A DNA stretch of 62,384 nucleotides. Origin: Bacteroidia bacterium (lineage in GTDB: Bacteria > Bacteroidota > Bacteroidia > SpSt-205). Location of the stretch: NCBI GenBank assembly GCA_025054525.1, contig JANWZJ010000007.1, positions 1 to 62,384 on the forward strand, written 5' to 3'. Under the pieces are notes generated by a model. That model was not told where the DNA came from. It was given only the letters and a program-made list of their open reading frames with translations, and did no database searches. This document shows, piece by piece, positions 53,479 to 62,384 of this stretch; position 1 is the first letter of the stretch; every line of letters starts with the position of its first letter. The position numbers and the translations under genes were made by a program.

Positions 53479-54617
53479 TAGAACCTTTACCTCTCTGGAC
53501 GTACCGAGAACACCCTCAGGTCGTGCCCATGCGAGATGCGCTCACCCCTGACAAAATCCATACTCTCCGTGCCAATCGCTTGAGCGCTATTCACCTGAGC
53601 CTACCCCTCTCCCCCCAAGCTGCCCTGGAAACATGGCACCAATGGCTACAAGAGGGCATTCTTTTGCCAGACCCTTTGCCAGCATTCTATGCATATAGTC
53701 AAACCTTTTATCCCTCTGGCTCGCATCGCTCCCACCTGCGAAGGATAGGGATTATAGCGGGCATACCTGCTGATGCCCCAATCCTACCCCATGAAAGTAT
53801 CCTTCCTGAACGAGCCACAGGAATACAACATCTACTGGAGCAGTTCCCCATACAAGCTGCCCCCGTCCATTTATTAGTAGAGGAAGCGGCATGGGAAGCG
53901 ATTCTACCGTTACTCAAGGATTATTTAGTATGTCCGCTTTTTTCGTATAGCAGTTCCGATGGGGTGATGCATCAGTGGGTTCCTATTCATCATCAAGGGC
54001 ACCAGACACAAATCCGAAAAGCCTTAGCTAAGGGCAAGTTTTATATTGCTGATGGGCACCATCGCTGGGCGGGGGTCAAGCAGAGCAAAGTACCCTTTCT
54101 GCTGAGCTATCTGACACCGCTTCAAGATACGGCTTTAGTTATTGCACCCTTTCACCGATTAGTTCGTACGGTGGAGTCGCCTTTGAGAGGTATGGAGGAG
54201 TTTTTTGCGTTTCGTCCTTCGGTGGCGAAGGTGCCGCTATCTCAGGAGATTCGGGGGCTGAGGCATGCGATTGGCATTATTTCTCCCGAGCGTAAGACTT
54301 ATACGGCTCGGCTGCGACCTTGTTTTTGGCATCTCTTGGCGGAAGCACCTTTGGCTTACTGGCTGCACCAGTGGGTTTTAGCGCCTCTCCAAGCACCGGT
54401 GGAATACATGCCTGACGCAGCTTCCGTAGCCGAAGCAGCCCTCCTGGGCGAAGGCTGGGCTTTTATTTTGCCTGAGGTGGATATTCGCTATGTGAAGCAG
54501 GCGGCTATCACGGGACAGCCCCTTCCTCCGAAAACTACCTACTTCTTCCCGAAGGTAGTAAGTGGTATGGTTTTTTACTATGCGGGTGATTCTCGCTTCG
54601 GCGTCTCCACGGCGTAA
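53475..54617 (+). CDS. DUF1015-family protein
   Basis: The YIADGHHRW signature of DUF1015 is present, and the ~380 aa length is typical of the family. Confidence 0.82.
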   Translation: MIEPLPLWTYREHPQVVPMRDALTPDKIHTLRANRLSAIHLSLPLSPQAALETWHQWLQEGILLPDPLPAFYAYSQTFYPSGSHRSHLRRIGIIAGIPADAPILPHESILPERATGIQHLLEQFPIQAAPVHLLVEEAAWEAILPLLKDYLVCPLFSYSSSDGVMHQWVPIHHQGHQTQIRKALAKGKFYIADGHHRWAGVKQSKVPFLLSYLTPLQDTALVIAPFHRLVRTVESPLRGMEEFFAFRPSVAKVPLSQEIRGLRHAIGIISPERKTYTARLRPCFWHLLAEAPLAYWLHQWVLAPLQAPVEYMPDAASVAEAALLGEGWAFILPEVDIRYVKQAAITGQPLPPKTTYFFPKVVSGMVFYYAGDSRFGVSTA

Positions 54618-55158
54618 GGAGCTTTTAGAGCGGCTGGGCTGGTCAGTGGAAATCCGCCCTACTCATGCAGAGGAGACTTTGACTCCTGGTTTGTCCCCAG
54701 CCCAGCAAGCGATGACCTTGGCAGCCCGGAAAGCAGCTCCCTTGTTGCCCTCTCAGAAGCCAGATGAAGTTATTCTCAGTGCAGATACCTTGGTAGTGCA
54801 TGCAGGCGAAATCCTCGGCAAACCCCGCGACTTAGACGAAGCTCGTCAATTCCTTCATCGGCTCTCAGACAGTTGGCATAATGTATATACTGGCGTGGGA
54901 GTCTTCACCTACGAACGATCATGGCTTTTCTATGAAGAAACCGCTGTGCGTTTCCATCCCCTCCCTCCTGAGCTCATAGAAATCTACCTTCAACGCTACC
55001 CCCCTTTGGATAAAGCAGGGGCTTATGGCGCCCAAGACCTAATAGGTCTGGTAGGCATCGCCGAAATCCGAGGAGACTTCTACAACGTCATGGGACTGCC
55101 TGTTCAGAGGCTCATGCGATTTTGGTATCAAGTTTGGAGTCAAATCATCCCTTGCTGA
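54580..55158 (+). CDS. maf: Maf-family nucleoside triphosphate pyrophosphatase
   Basis: ILASASPRRKELLERLG N-terminal motif and GAYGAQD near the C-terminus. Start set at ATG 54580. Confidence 0.9.
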   Translation: MRVILASASPRRKELLERLGWSVEIRPTHAEETLTPGLSPAQQAMTLAARKAAPLLPSQKPDEVILSADTLVVHAGEILGKPRDLDEARQFLHRLSDSWHNVYTGVGVFTYERSWLFYEETAVRFHPLPPELIEIYLQRYPPLDKAGAYGAQDLIGLVGIAEIRGDFYNVMGLPVQRLMRFWYQVWSQIIPC

Positions 55159-55180
55159 ACGCTAAAATTAGTACCTTCGT

Positions 55181-57955
55181 TTGTCTGTGAGGAGCAAGTC
55201 ATGGCTATGTATTGCTCTCTTAGGGATGACGCCCCTGTGGTCGCAAAGCCGCAGGGACCTGGACTCGTTAAATGCCCTCGTGCAAAAAACTAAAATATCC
55301 GACACCCTTCGTCTGCAGGCTTACTTAGAACTCTCTAAGCAATATCTCAATATCAGTGAGTATCAAGCGCTGGAGTATGCGAAGAAAGCCTTTGCAATAG
55401 CTCAGAAACTCAAGGATACGCGCCGTCAGGTCTTGAGTCTGTATTATCAGGCTTCGGCGCTTTACTATCAGAAATCCTATGATTTGGCTTTTAAGCTCTT
55501 AGAGGAAGCGGAGAATCTAATGCCCTCCTCTCGTCGTGATACGCCGATTACGGTCCAGATTCTCAGTCTTAAGGCGAGTTTGATTGAGGATGCTGCGCGC
55601 AACCCAATACAAGCTCGGGAAAACTATGAATTAGCGCTCCAGCTTGCGCGTGAGACTAAGCGAGAGCCGCTGATTATTATGACGCTGACTAATCTATCAG
55701 AGTTTTATATCCGCATCAACTTATACGGCTTAGCTGAGGATATTATTCAGGAAGCGGTGAGTCGGGCAGAGAAGCTAGGCGCTGCGGAGTACTTGCGCAA
55801 TACACTCAAGGTTCTGTTTATGTTGCGTTTAGAGCAGGGACGTATAGAGGAGGCGCTGAGCATACAGCGCCGAATCATAGATATAGCTCGCAAAGCTGGG
55901 ATTCAAGAGTGGCTTCGGGAAGCCTATGGATTTGCTATTGCAAAGGCTATTCAGGCGCGTTTGCCAGTGGACGACTCTCTCTTGAATAAGGCTCGGCAGG
56001 AGATTCAGGACTCTTTGGAGTTAGCGCGTCTCTTGAACTGGGTAGCTGCTGAGGGATATTTCCAAGTGAGTAGGTACGCCCCTGCAAAAGACCTATACCA
56101 AACCGCCCTCTCCATCGCCCAACGAAAACAAGACTCACTGCTCATCATGCGGGTTCTCATCAATCTCGCTAACCTATACAATAAGCAATCGCTGCATCCA
56201 CAGGCGATGGAGCTTCTGTTGAAGGCGCGTCAGATTTGTGAAGAGCGCAATGATTCTACACGCCTTCCCATGGTGCTGAATGCTATCGGAGAAATTCACT
56301 TTGAGCAGGGTGAGTGGCAAAAATCCCTTGAGCTCTTCAGTGAAGCGGCTTATTATGCAAATCTTGTGCAGGAAGACATCAACTTTCCCTACAAGGTAGC
56401 TACTAACTTAGCGAATGCTCATGGCAAACTGGGCAATCCAGAAGCGGCTCGGAACCTGTATTATGAATCAGCTCTCTTAGCTCAGGAAAATGAAGATTGG
56501 GCTTCAGCCGCTAAGGCCCTTCTCAATCGCGCTCGCTTTGAGTTAGAGCAAGGGCAGCAGGATTCTGCTTTGAAGTTTGTATTAGAAGCGCGCCGTTATA
56601 CTCAGAAAAGTCGCGATCCTCTGGTGATTGCATATGTGAATCTATTATGGGGCGAGCTTCTGGAAAGGAAGGGGGATTGGAATGGGGCTATTCGCGCCTA
56701 CGAAGAAGCCCGAGAGATTACGGAGCCCTTGGAAATGCATGATGTGCTGGCAGCCATTTATGAGCGCCTTATTTTTCTCTACGGGAAGCAAAAGCGCTAT
56801 GATTTAGCCTATCGTCTCGTAGGTCATCTCTTGGCTTCTCTTCAAAAAATCAACGAACAGCAATCTAAGAGCGAGATTACTCGCATGGAAATGGAGTATC
56901 TCCATCAGAAGGAGAAGAAAATTCAAGAGCAGCAGTTAGAAGAAGAAAAACTCAGGGCAGAAAAGGCTAAGCAGGTAAGTATTATTATTACTATTGGCGC
57001 TATAATCGTAGTTATCTCTATAGCGGCTGTGGCTTTTGTGCTTTATCGGGCTAACCGGCGAGAACGCATCATTAATGCCCAGCTTGCTGAGCGTAATCAG
57101 CTCATAGAAGAGCAAAAGAACCTCCTCATGGAGCAAAAAGATGCGCTGGAACGCGCCAAGAAAGATATAGAGGAAAGTATCCAGTATGCTCGGCGGATTC
57201 AGATGGCTATTCTGCCTGACTTGACTCCTTTTCATGAGCGGTTTTCGGAGGGATTTGTATTGTATTTACCCAGAGATGTGGTTAGTGGAGATTTCTACTA
57301 CTTTTATCCGCTTTCTCCTACGCTAAGCTTAGTGGCGGTGGCGGATTGTACGGGGCATGGAGTACCGGGGGCATTCATGAGTATGATAGGTACGACCTTA
57401 CTCAATCGCCTCGCACAGGAAGAAGGTCCCAAAGATCCTGCCTTTCTTTTGCAGCGTTTAGACGAGGAACTGCGGCACACCCTGCATCATCATAGCATGA
57501 GCCAACAACAAATCAAAGATGGCATGGACATCGCTCTATGTCTTATAGACCAGCAGACACATATGCTTCACTTCGCTGGGGCGCGACGCCCTCTCTTCAT
57601 TTTCACCCCAGAAGGGGAGTTCGTAGAACTCAAAGGTTCTCGGCGAAGTATAGGGGGCGATATGATTCAAAAGGACATTCCTTTTGAGACCACTGCTTTC
57701 TCGCTCAAGCCTAACCTAAGCTTTTACTTGTTCTCAGACGGGATTGTGGATCAGTTTGGCTGGGAAGAAGTACCAGGACAGCCGCCCCGCCGAACCAAGC
57801 TCATGAGTCGTCGTCTCAAGGAATTGCTTGCTTCTATTCGTTTCCAGTCTGCCCCCCAGCAAAGAGACCATATAGGCAGGTTCATAGAAGACTGGCGCAA
57901 GGATATACCGCAATTAGATGACATATGCATTATCGGGGTGCGATACTCGGGGTAA
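55181..57955 (+). CDS. Large TPR-repeat sensor, one TM helix, and a PP2C/SpoIIE serine phosphatase
   Basis: Signal/TM start, ~600 aa of TPR-like repeats, a coiled coil, the TM helix VSIIITIGAIIVVISIAAVAFVLY, then SpoIIE motifs (ARRIQMAILP, SGDFYYF, VADCTGHGVPGAFMSM, DDICIIGVRY). Confidence 0.85.
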   Translation: MSVRSKSWLCIALLGMTPLWSQSRRDLDSLNALVQKTKISDTLRLQAYLELSKQYLNISEYQALEYAKKAFAIAQKLKDTRRQVLSLYYQASALYYQKSYDLAFKLLEEAENLMPSSRRDTPITVQILSLKASLIEDAARNPIQARENYELALQLARETKREPLIIMTLTNLSEFYIRINLYGLAEDIIQEAVSRAEKLGAAEYLRNTLKVLFMLRLEQGRIEEALSIQRRIIDIARKAGIQEWLREAYGFAIAKAIQARLPVDDSLLNKARQEIQDSLELARLLNWVAAEGYFQVSRYAPAKDLYQTALSIAQRKQDSLLIMRVLINLANLYNKQSLHPQAMELLLKARQICEERNDSTRLPMVLNAIGEIHFEQGEWQKSLELFSEAAYYANLVQEDINFPYKVATNLANAHGKLGNPEAARNLYYESALLAQENEDWASAAKALLNRARFELEQGQQDSALKFVLEARRYTQKSRDPLVIAYVNLLWGELLERKGDWNGAIRAYEEAREITEPLEMHDVLAAIYERLIFLYGKQKRYDLAYRLVGHLLASLQKINEQQSKSEITRMEMEYLHQKEKKIQEQQLEEEKLRAEKAKQVSIIITIGAIIVVISIAAVAFVLYRANRRERIINAQLAERNQLIEEQKNLLMEQKDALERAKKDIEESIQYARRIQMAILPDLTPFHERFSEGFVLYLPRDVVSGDFYYFYPLSPTLSLVAVADCTGHGVPGAFMSMIGTTLLNRLAQEEGPKDPAFLLQRLDEELRHTLHHHSMSQQQIKDGMDIALCLIDQQTHMLHFAGARRPLFIFTPEGEFVELKGSRRSIGGDMIQKDIPFETTAFSLKPNLSFYLFSDGIVDQFGWEEVPGQPPRRTKLMSRRLKELLASIRFQSAPQQRDHIGRFIEDWRKDIPQLDDICIIGVRYSG

Positions 57956-59010
57956 TCGCATGGTCTATCCTTCATGCGCAGGTGAAGTATAGCAATGAAT
58001 TTCTGAAAATAGGTGTAGGTGCTCGAGCGGCAGGCTTAGGTAATGCCCAGAGTGCCAGTGTCGCAGATGCCAGTGCTTCTTACTGGAATCCCGCCGCCCT
58101 CGTGAGCATACCTTCGTATCCCCAGCTTTTCTTCATGCATAGTGAGTATTTCGCTGGCGTAGTGAAATATGATTATGGTGCTATCGCTTTCCCGATTGCT
58201 ACAGAGAGGAGGTTAGGTATTGGGTTTCTTCGCATGGGCATAGATGATATACCCAATACCCTCCGATTTTATGATGGAGCGAGCTATGATTTTGCGCGTA
58301 TCACTCGTTTTTCCATAGCAGACATGGCGCTATGGCTCTCCTATGCCCAGCCTCTCCGAGATACTACCTTGAGCATAGGAGGCTCTATCAAAGTGATACA
58401 TAGAGTATTAGGTCCTTTTGCCACGGCATGGGGCTTTGGGGTGGATGCAGGCGTACTGTATCGCCGAGGTCCATGGCGTCTCGCCCTTGCGGTCTATGAT
58501 GCTTCCTCTACCTTCAACGCCTGGAGCTTCAATACCGAAACCTTTGAAGAAGCCTTCATCCTCACAGGCAATGCCATTCCTCAGAACTCTATAGAATGGA
58601 CGCGCCCCTCGCTGCGCATGGGATTAGCTTTCTATGCCTGGCGAGATAAGCGATTTTCTCTTATGCCTACTTTAGACCTTGTAACTTTCACAGATGGGCA
58701 GCGTAATACCCTGCTCTCTGGAAAGCCCTTCAGTGCCGATTTAGCCACAGGTATGGAACTTCGCTACAAACACTGGGCAGCCCTTCGCATAGGCGCCACA
58801 ACCTTCCAGCGCCAGCGCCGCTGGGACGGTAGAAGTTATCTTACTTTTTATCCTACGGCGGGCATAGGTATTAAAGTTTGGCACTTTAGAGTGGATTATG
58901 CGCTGGCAAACTTTACTGGTTTCTCTCAAAATATGTATGCTCATCTCGTTTCGGTGGCTCTGGACTTACCGCCTTCCCTAACTCGGGCTATTTTCACTAA
59001 GGGCGACTAA
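57925..59010 (+). CDS. PorV/PorQ-family outer-membrane beta-barrel protein (type IX secretion associated)
   Basis: Signal peptide, then the family-typical NEFLKIGVGARAAGLGNAQSASVADASASYWNPAAL. The ~340-aa mature size has barrel-like strand periodicity. Confidence 0.65.
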   Translation: MHYRGAILGVIAWSILHAQVKYSNEFLKIGVGARAAGLGNAQSASVADASASYWNPAALVSIPSYPQLFFMHSEYFAGVVKYDYGAIAFPIATERRLGIGFLRMGIDDIPNTLRFYDGASYDFARITRFSIADMALWLSYAQPLRDTTLSIGGSIKVIHRVLGPFATAWGFGVDAGVLYRRGPWRLALAVYDASSTFNAWSFNTETFEEAFILTGNAIPQNSIEWTRPSLRMGLAFYAWRDKRFSLMPTLDLVTFTDGQRNTLLSGKPFSADLATGMELRYKHWAALRIGATTFQRQRRWDGRSYLTFYPTAGIGIKVWHFRVDYALANFTGFSQNMYAHLVSVALDLPPSLTRAIFTKGD

Positions 59011-60442
59011 CCCGAACTGTGAGAGGCTCAAGGTACACTTCTGCACATCCATACTTAAGCCCCACGATGGCTTGCACTATGTAGGTACCCGGAGTTCCAA
59101 AGGTATGTTGTACCTCTTTACCCTCGGCTCTCGTACCATCTCCGAAATCCCAGCTTACATGAGCCAGTTCGTAGCCTGGACGAGTCTCCACCCAAAAGCT
59201 CACTGCACTGCCAGCTCGTTCTTTAGCAGTAGCACTGGTGCGGGCCTGAAGAGGAAGCTCGCTGCAGGGTACGGCTTCTAACACGACTACCCAAGCATCT
59301 CCCTGCTGCGAAGAAGAAAGGGTATTCTGTTTAGCAGCGATGATGATAGAAAAAGGAGGCTTACTGAGGAGAGCCACCCCTTCCTCCGCATAAGGACCGC
59401 CTAAACCCCGCTCCCATAGAATTTTTCCTTCTGCGGAGAGAGCCGATAGCCAAATATCTCGGTCTCCCCGCTGTTCTGGGGAAACTAGTTTATCTCCGTA
59501 TTGCCACCCTAACACATGTAAAATCTCAGGATGAGCACCCGAAGCGACACTGAAGATTTCGCCCGTGAGGCCGTTATCAGGCCATGTTTGTTCCCAGACT
59601 ATGCGTCCTTCAGGGCTGGCACACAAGAAACTCCACTGCCCTTCTCTTTGTCCGCCTATCCATATCCGCCCATCTTCCGAAGTGCTAAGAGCTCGCAACC
59701 GAGAAGGGAAACGAAAACTTTGAAGATGGATTCGCCAATATACTTGCCCCCAAGCGTCTATTCCCGCCAGAAAGGGAATATACCTCTGTTCGCCCAGACA
59801 CGCCAAGTAGGTGGAGTTAGGAACGGGACGAATCTTAGTAATAAGGCTCTGGGGATGCCCCCAGAGGCGTTTCTGGAGGATTTCGCCGTCTTGGGCTCTC
59901 AGGAGGAAAAGCACCCCCTGCATCCCCATAAGGGAATCTTCCCAGGTAACACCCCCTACGATAAGAGTGCGATAACTCGTAACAACGAGTGTATGGCTCA
60001 TATCTATGCGAGGACTGCCCCATCGGCGCTGCCAGAGCATGCGTCCCGTGCTTTTTTCTACGGCACCTACCCAGAAGTCTGAGCGCCGCTCTACGGGTAG
60101 CTCTTCGGGATGCGACAGCGCCGAACCGCTACTACCGCAAAAATATAATACTGAATCCCGCACGGCTATATCTTCTATTCGGTCAGGGCCTAATCCACCT
60201 GGATGAATTTGCCAAAGTATGTTGCCTTCCTGTGTAGAACAAACTAACCATCCATCGCTTAGAGAGAAGGATTTCTCCTGTGCATAGCCTCCTATATAAA
60301 GAAAGCCTTCTCCATCCTGGATAGCGCAGAGTGGAACTTCATGCAGGGGAGAACCTATGAAGAAATGACGAGCTTTTTTGAGATAGTACCCTTGCGCCAG
60401 TACGAAGGAAGCCCAAGCAAGCATACCTAAGGCGAGCCTCAC
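58997..60442 (-). CDS. Secreted beta-propeller (PQQ-like repeat) protein with a C-terminal PKD domain
   Basis: Signal peptide, repeated G..LW(Q/E) blade motifs (GNILWQ, GRMLWQRRW, GQVYWR, GRIVWEQ, GKILWER), and the PKD signature VSWDFGDGTRAEGKEVQHTFGTPGTYIV. Confidence 0.7.
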   Translation of the reverse strand: MRLALGMLAWASFVLAQGYYLKKARHFFIGSPLHEVPLCAIQDGEGFLYIGGYAQEKSFSLSDGWLVCSTQEGNILWQIHPGGLGPDRIEDIAVRDSVLYFCGSSGSALSHPEELPVERRSDFWVGAVEKSTGRMLWQRRWGSPRIDMSHTLVVTSYRTLIVGGVTWEDSLMGMQGVLFLLRAQDGEILQKRLWGHPQSLITKIRPVPNSTYLACLGEQRYIPFLAGIDAWGQVYWRIHLQSFRFPSRLRALSTSEDGRIWIGGQREGQWSFLCASPEGRIVWEQTWPDNGLTGEIFSVASGAHPEILHVLGWQYGDKLVSPEQRGDRDIWLSALSAEGKILWERGLGGPYAEEGVALLSKPPFSIIIAAKQNTLSSSQQGDAWVVVLEAVPCSELPLQARTSATAKERAGSAVSFWVETRPGYELAHVSWDFGDGTRAEGKEVQHTFGTPGTYIVQAIVGLKYGCAEVYLEPLTVRVSRP

Positions 60443-60458
60443 TGCCGCAAAACTACGA

Positions 60459-60466
60459 TAGCTTTG
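60459..60466 (+). promoter_or_regulatory. -7 promoter box (TAgcTTTG) 8 nt upstream of the 60475 start
   Basis: Exact TAnnTTTG match in the 32-nt divergent intergenic gap. Confidence 0.45.
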
Positions 60467-60474
60467 GGGTAAGG

Positions 60475-61185
60475 ATGCAGGTGATTATGACACTGATGGC
60501 TCATCCGGATGATGCAGAGCTGAGCTGCGGAGGGAGCTTATTGCGCTGGCGAGAAGAAGGGGCTACGATTGTTATGGTAGAGCTTACGGCGGGACAGTTG
60601 GGCACGAGGGGTACCCCCGCGCTCCGATACCAGGAAGCCCAAACCGCCGCTCGGTTCTTGCGTCCTGTCGCTCGGGTGTGTTTGGGATGGGAAGATGGAT
60701 TCTTTGAAGAGACTAAGCAGACGCTACTCACTCTAATAGAAGTGATTCGCCAATACCGACCGCTCATCCTGATTACGAATGCCCTTAGGGATAGACACCC
60801 TGACCATGGAAGGGCAGCTCGGCTGGTAGAACGAGCCGCTTTCTTGAGCGGACTGCGCAAAATCTCTACAGCCTATCCACCTTACCGTCCTCCTTTTCTC
60901 TGGTTTGCCATCCAGGACTGGTGGCAGATGCCTTCTTTCGTAGTGGATATAACGCCTTATTGGCAAGGCAAGCTCGCCCTCATCCATGCTTACCAGAGTC
61001 AGTTTTTCTACCAGCCGGGCGGGCAGGACCCACCCTCTTATCTCACGCGCGCGGACTTTTTTCCCCACTTAGAGGCCCGAGCCCGAGAAATGGGGCACTT
61101 CATCGGGGCTACCTATGGAGAAGGTTTCATAACTCGTCAGCCCATTCCTCTCTCCTCTTTTCGTCAGCTTATCCATGTGCATTAG
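60475..61185 (+). CDS. bshB1: LmbE/PIG-L-family N-acetylglucosaminide deacetylase, probably bacillithiol biosynthesis deacetylase
   Basis: LMAHPDDAELSCGGSLL (the AHPDD motif) and a later HPDH motif. The 236-aa length is typical of BshB1. Confidence 0.72.
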   Translation: MQVIMTLMAHPDDAELSCGGSLLRWREEGATIVMVELTAGQLGTRGTPALRYQEAQTAARFLRPVARVCLGWEDGFFEETKQTLLTLIEVIRQYRPLILITNALRDRHPDHGRAARLVERAAFLSGLRKISTAYPPYRPPFLWFAIQDWWQMPSFVVDITPYWQGKLALIHAYQSQFFYQPGGQDPPSYLTRADFFPHLEARAREMGHFIGATYGEGFITRQPIPLSSFRQLIHVH

Positions 61186-61255
61186 CTCTTTCCCCATCCA
61201 CAATTTCCACACCTACCTTTATACCCATTAGAAGAAAGAGGTAGGGGAGTTTCGT

Positions 61256-61263
61256 TAAGTTTG
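61256..61263 (+). promoter_or_regulatory. -7 promoter box (TAagTTTG) 4 nt upstream of the nrdB ATG
   Basis: Exact TAnnTTTG match. Only acat separates it from the ATG at 61268. Confidence 0.45.
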
Positions 61264-61267
61264 ACAT

Positions 61268-62356
61268 ATGGCTAAAACCGCAGCCTACACTTTCGGCAAT
61301 CGGCAGTTCATCTTAGACGTAGAGAAAGCAGAGCAAGCCATCGCTGAGAAGCGCGTCATTAATGGACGCATTACGATGGCATTCAACCTCCTCCCCCTCA
61401 AATATCCATGGGCCTACGACCTCTATCGCACGATGAAAGCTAATCACTGGGAGCCCGAAGATATTCCCATGCATAAAGATGCCGCCCAGTGGAAAAGCAA
61501 AGAAATCACAGACTTGGAGCGCTGGATTATTCGCATGGCGGTAGGCTATTTCTCGGCAGCAGAAGGTATTGTGGGAGACAATATCATTCATGTAGTGCGA
61601 GAACTCGTAACCGCCAGCGAACTCAAACTCGTACTGGGACGACACGCCCACGAAGAAAATGTCCATGCCGATTCCCTCTTGTATATGATTGCTTCGCTGG
61701 GCATAGACCCTTACGAATGTGAAGCGATGTTCGTGGATGTTCCTACTATCCGCGCCAAGAATGCCTTCGTAACGCGCATATCCCGAGCTCTGCGCCGAGA
61801 CTTAGACTTGACTCGCACCGAGAATAAACAACTCCTTGCCCAAAATATCTTCACTTTCGGGCTCGTCATGGAGGGAACGCAGTTCTATGGGCTCTTTGGA
61901 ATGGTACTCAGTCTCTATCGGCAAGGTAAGTTCCCTGGCATAGGGCAAATGTTCCGCTATACCCTGCGCGATGAAAGTAATCACATAGAACTTTTCCGGC
62001 GACTACTTTTGGAGCTGGTGCATGAGAATCCTGACGTCTGGACGCCTGAGTTTCAGCAGAAGCTGAGAGATATTATGGCAGAGGGCGTTCAGTTAGAAGA
62101 AGAGTTTATTCAAGATACGCTGTCGTTACCTGCGGTTGGGCTCAAAACCGAGGAATTCATAGAATACATTCGGTATATTGCTAATCGCAGGCTCCAGAGT
62201 GTAGGGTTAGAACCGCTTTTCCCAGGGGCGCACAATACCTTGCCTTGGCTGGCAGAACTGATGGATATTCGGAAGGAACAGAATTTCTTTGAGGGGCGGG
62301 TTACGGAATATCGCAAGGCTTCGGCATTAGTACCGGTGAGTGATGATGAGTTGTGA
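61268..62356 (+). CDS. nrdB: Ribonucleoside-diphosphate reductase beta subunit (class I R2)
   Basis: Di-iron ligand motifs are present (EGIVGDN...HAHEENVHADS, MEGTQFYGLF, RDESNHIELF). The acidic C-terminal tail ending VSDDEL is typical of the R1-binding peptide. Confidence 0.92.
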   Translation: MAKTAAYTFGNRQFILDVEKAEQAIAEKRVINGRITMAFNLLPLKYPWAYDLYRTMKANHWEPEDIPMHKDAAQWKSKEITDLERWIIRMAVGYFSAAEGIVGDNIIHVVRELVTASELKLVLGRHAHEENVHADSLLYMIASLGIDPYECEAMFVDVPTIRAKNAFVTRISRALRRDLDLTRTENKQLLAQNIFTFGLVMEGTQFYGLFGMVLSLYRQGKFPGIGQMFRYTLRDESNHIELFRRLLLELVHENPDVWTPEFQQKLRDIMAEGVQLEEEFIQDTLSLPAVGLKTEEFIEYIRYIANRRLQSVGLEPLFPGAHNTLPWLAELMDIRKEQNFFEGRVTEYRKASALVPVSDDEL

Positions 62357-62384
62357 GGGGGCTGCGGCCGCCGCCCCCGCGCGG

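Noticed and set aside
62357-62384. GC-rich palindrome GGGGGC-TGCGGCCGCC-GCCCCC immediately after the nrdB stop; possibly a terminator stem.
   Set aside because: The window ends inside or just after it, so no U-tract or full structure can be evaluated. The central GCGGCCGC leaves almost no loop.
1-62384. Search for CRISPR arrays, tandem repeats, rRNA/tRNA genes, IS elements and RNase P / SRP / 6S RNA signatures.
   Set aside because: No regularly spaced direct repeats, no tRNA-like T-arm other than the one in tmRNA, no GGAAAGTCC-type RNase P core, and no transposase motifs were seen by eye. A computational scan (tRNAscan-SE, Infernal/Rfam, CRT/minced, ISEScan) would be needed to exclude them formally.

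Overview
This is a 62.4-kb, gene-dense chromosomal segment, most likely from a member of the Bacteroidota/FCB group. Three things support that: exact TAnnTTTG -7 promoter boxes in nearly every intergenic gap, a PorV/PorQ-family outer-membrane protein, and DUF4197 and 'GIGT' tail-fibre-type proteins. I count about 58 protein-coding genes and one tmRNA (ssrA). I found no rRNA, tRNA, CRISPR array, transposase or integrase. Genes sit in long co-directional strings, with many ATGA or other short start/stop overlaps. Most of the content is housekeeping: mutS, ppk1, tilS, pdxJ, purE, msrA, kup, nrdB, hemW, rlmE, pepN-like, glpD, queE, ssb, apbC, cysteine desulfurase, mpl and maf. Eight regions are worth a second look. 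(1) A SiaB/SiaC-type partner-switch pair is joined to a coiled-coil membrane protein rather than a diguanylate cyclase, and three orphan SpoIIE/PP2C phosphatases lie elsewhere in the window. (2) Three compact tandem paralogues encode secreted proteins with a C-terminal endosialidase-chaperone (S74) domain and no phage context. (3) A 1.75-kb stretch (3992..5743) has no credible intact gene; it holds broken minus-strand ORFs, a promoter-like box and a strong hairpin. (4) An OmpA-family gene is split by a frameshift inside a C7 tract. (5) A markedly AT-rich polytopic membrane gene is wedged between housekeeping genes. (6) A type II R-M pair at the left edge has an uncharacterised nuclease. (7) A CHASE2 sensor lacks an output domain and is translationally coupled to a FecR-domain protein. 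(8) Several promoter boxes lie only 4-8 nt from start codons, which suggests leaderless mRNAs. All functional calls come from motif recognition in the supplied translations, because no database search was possible.
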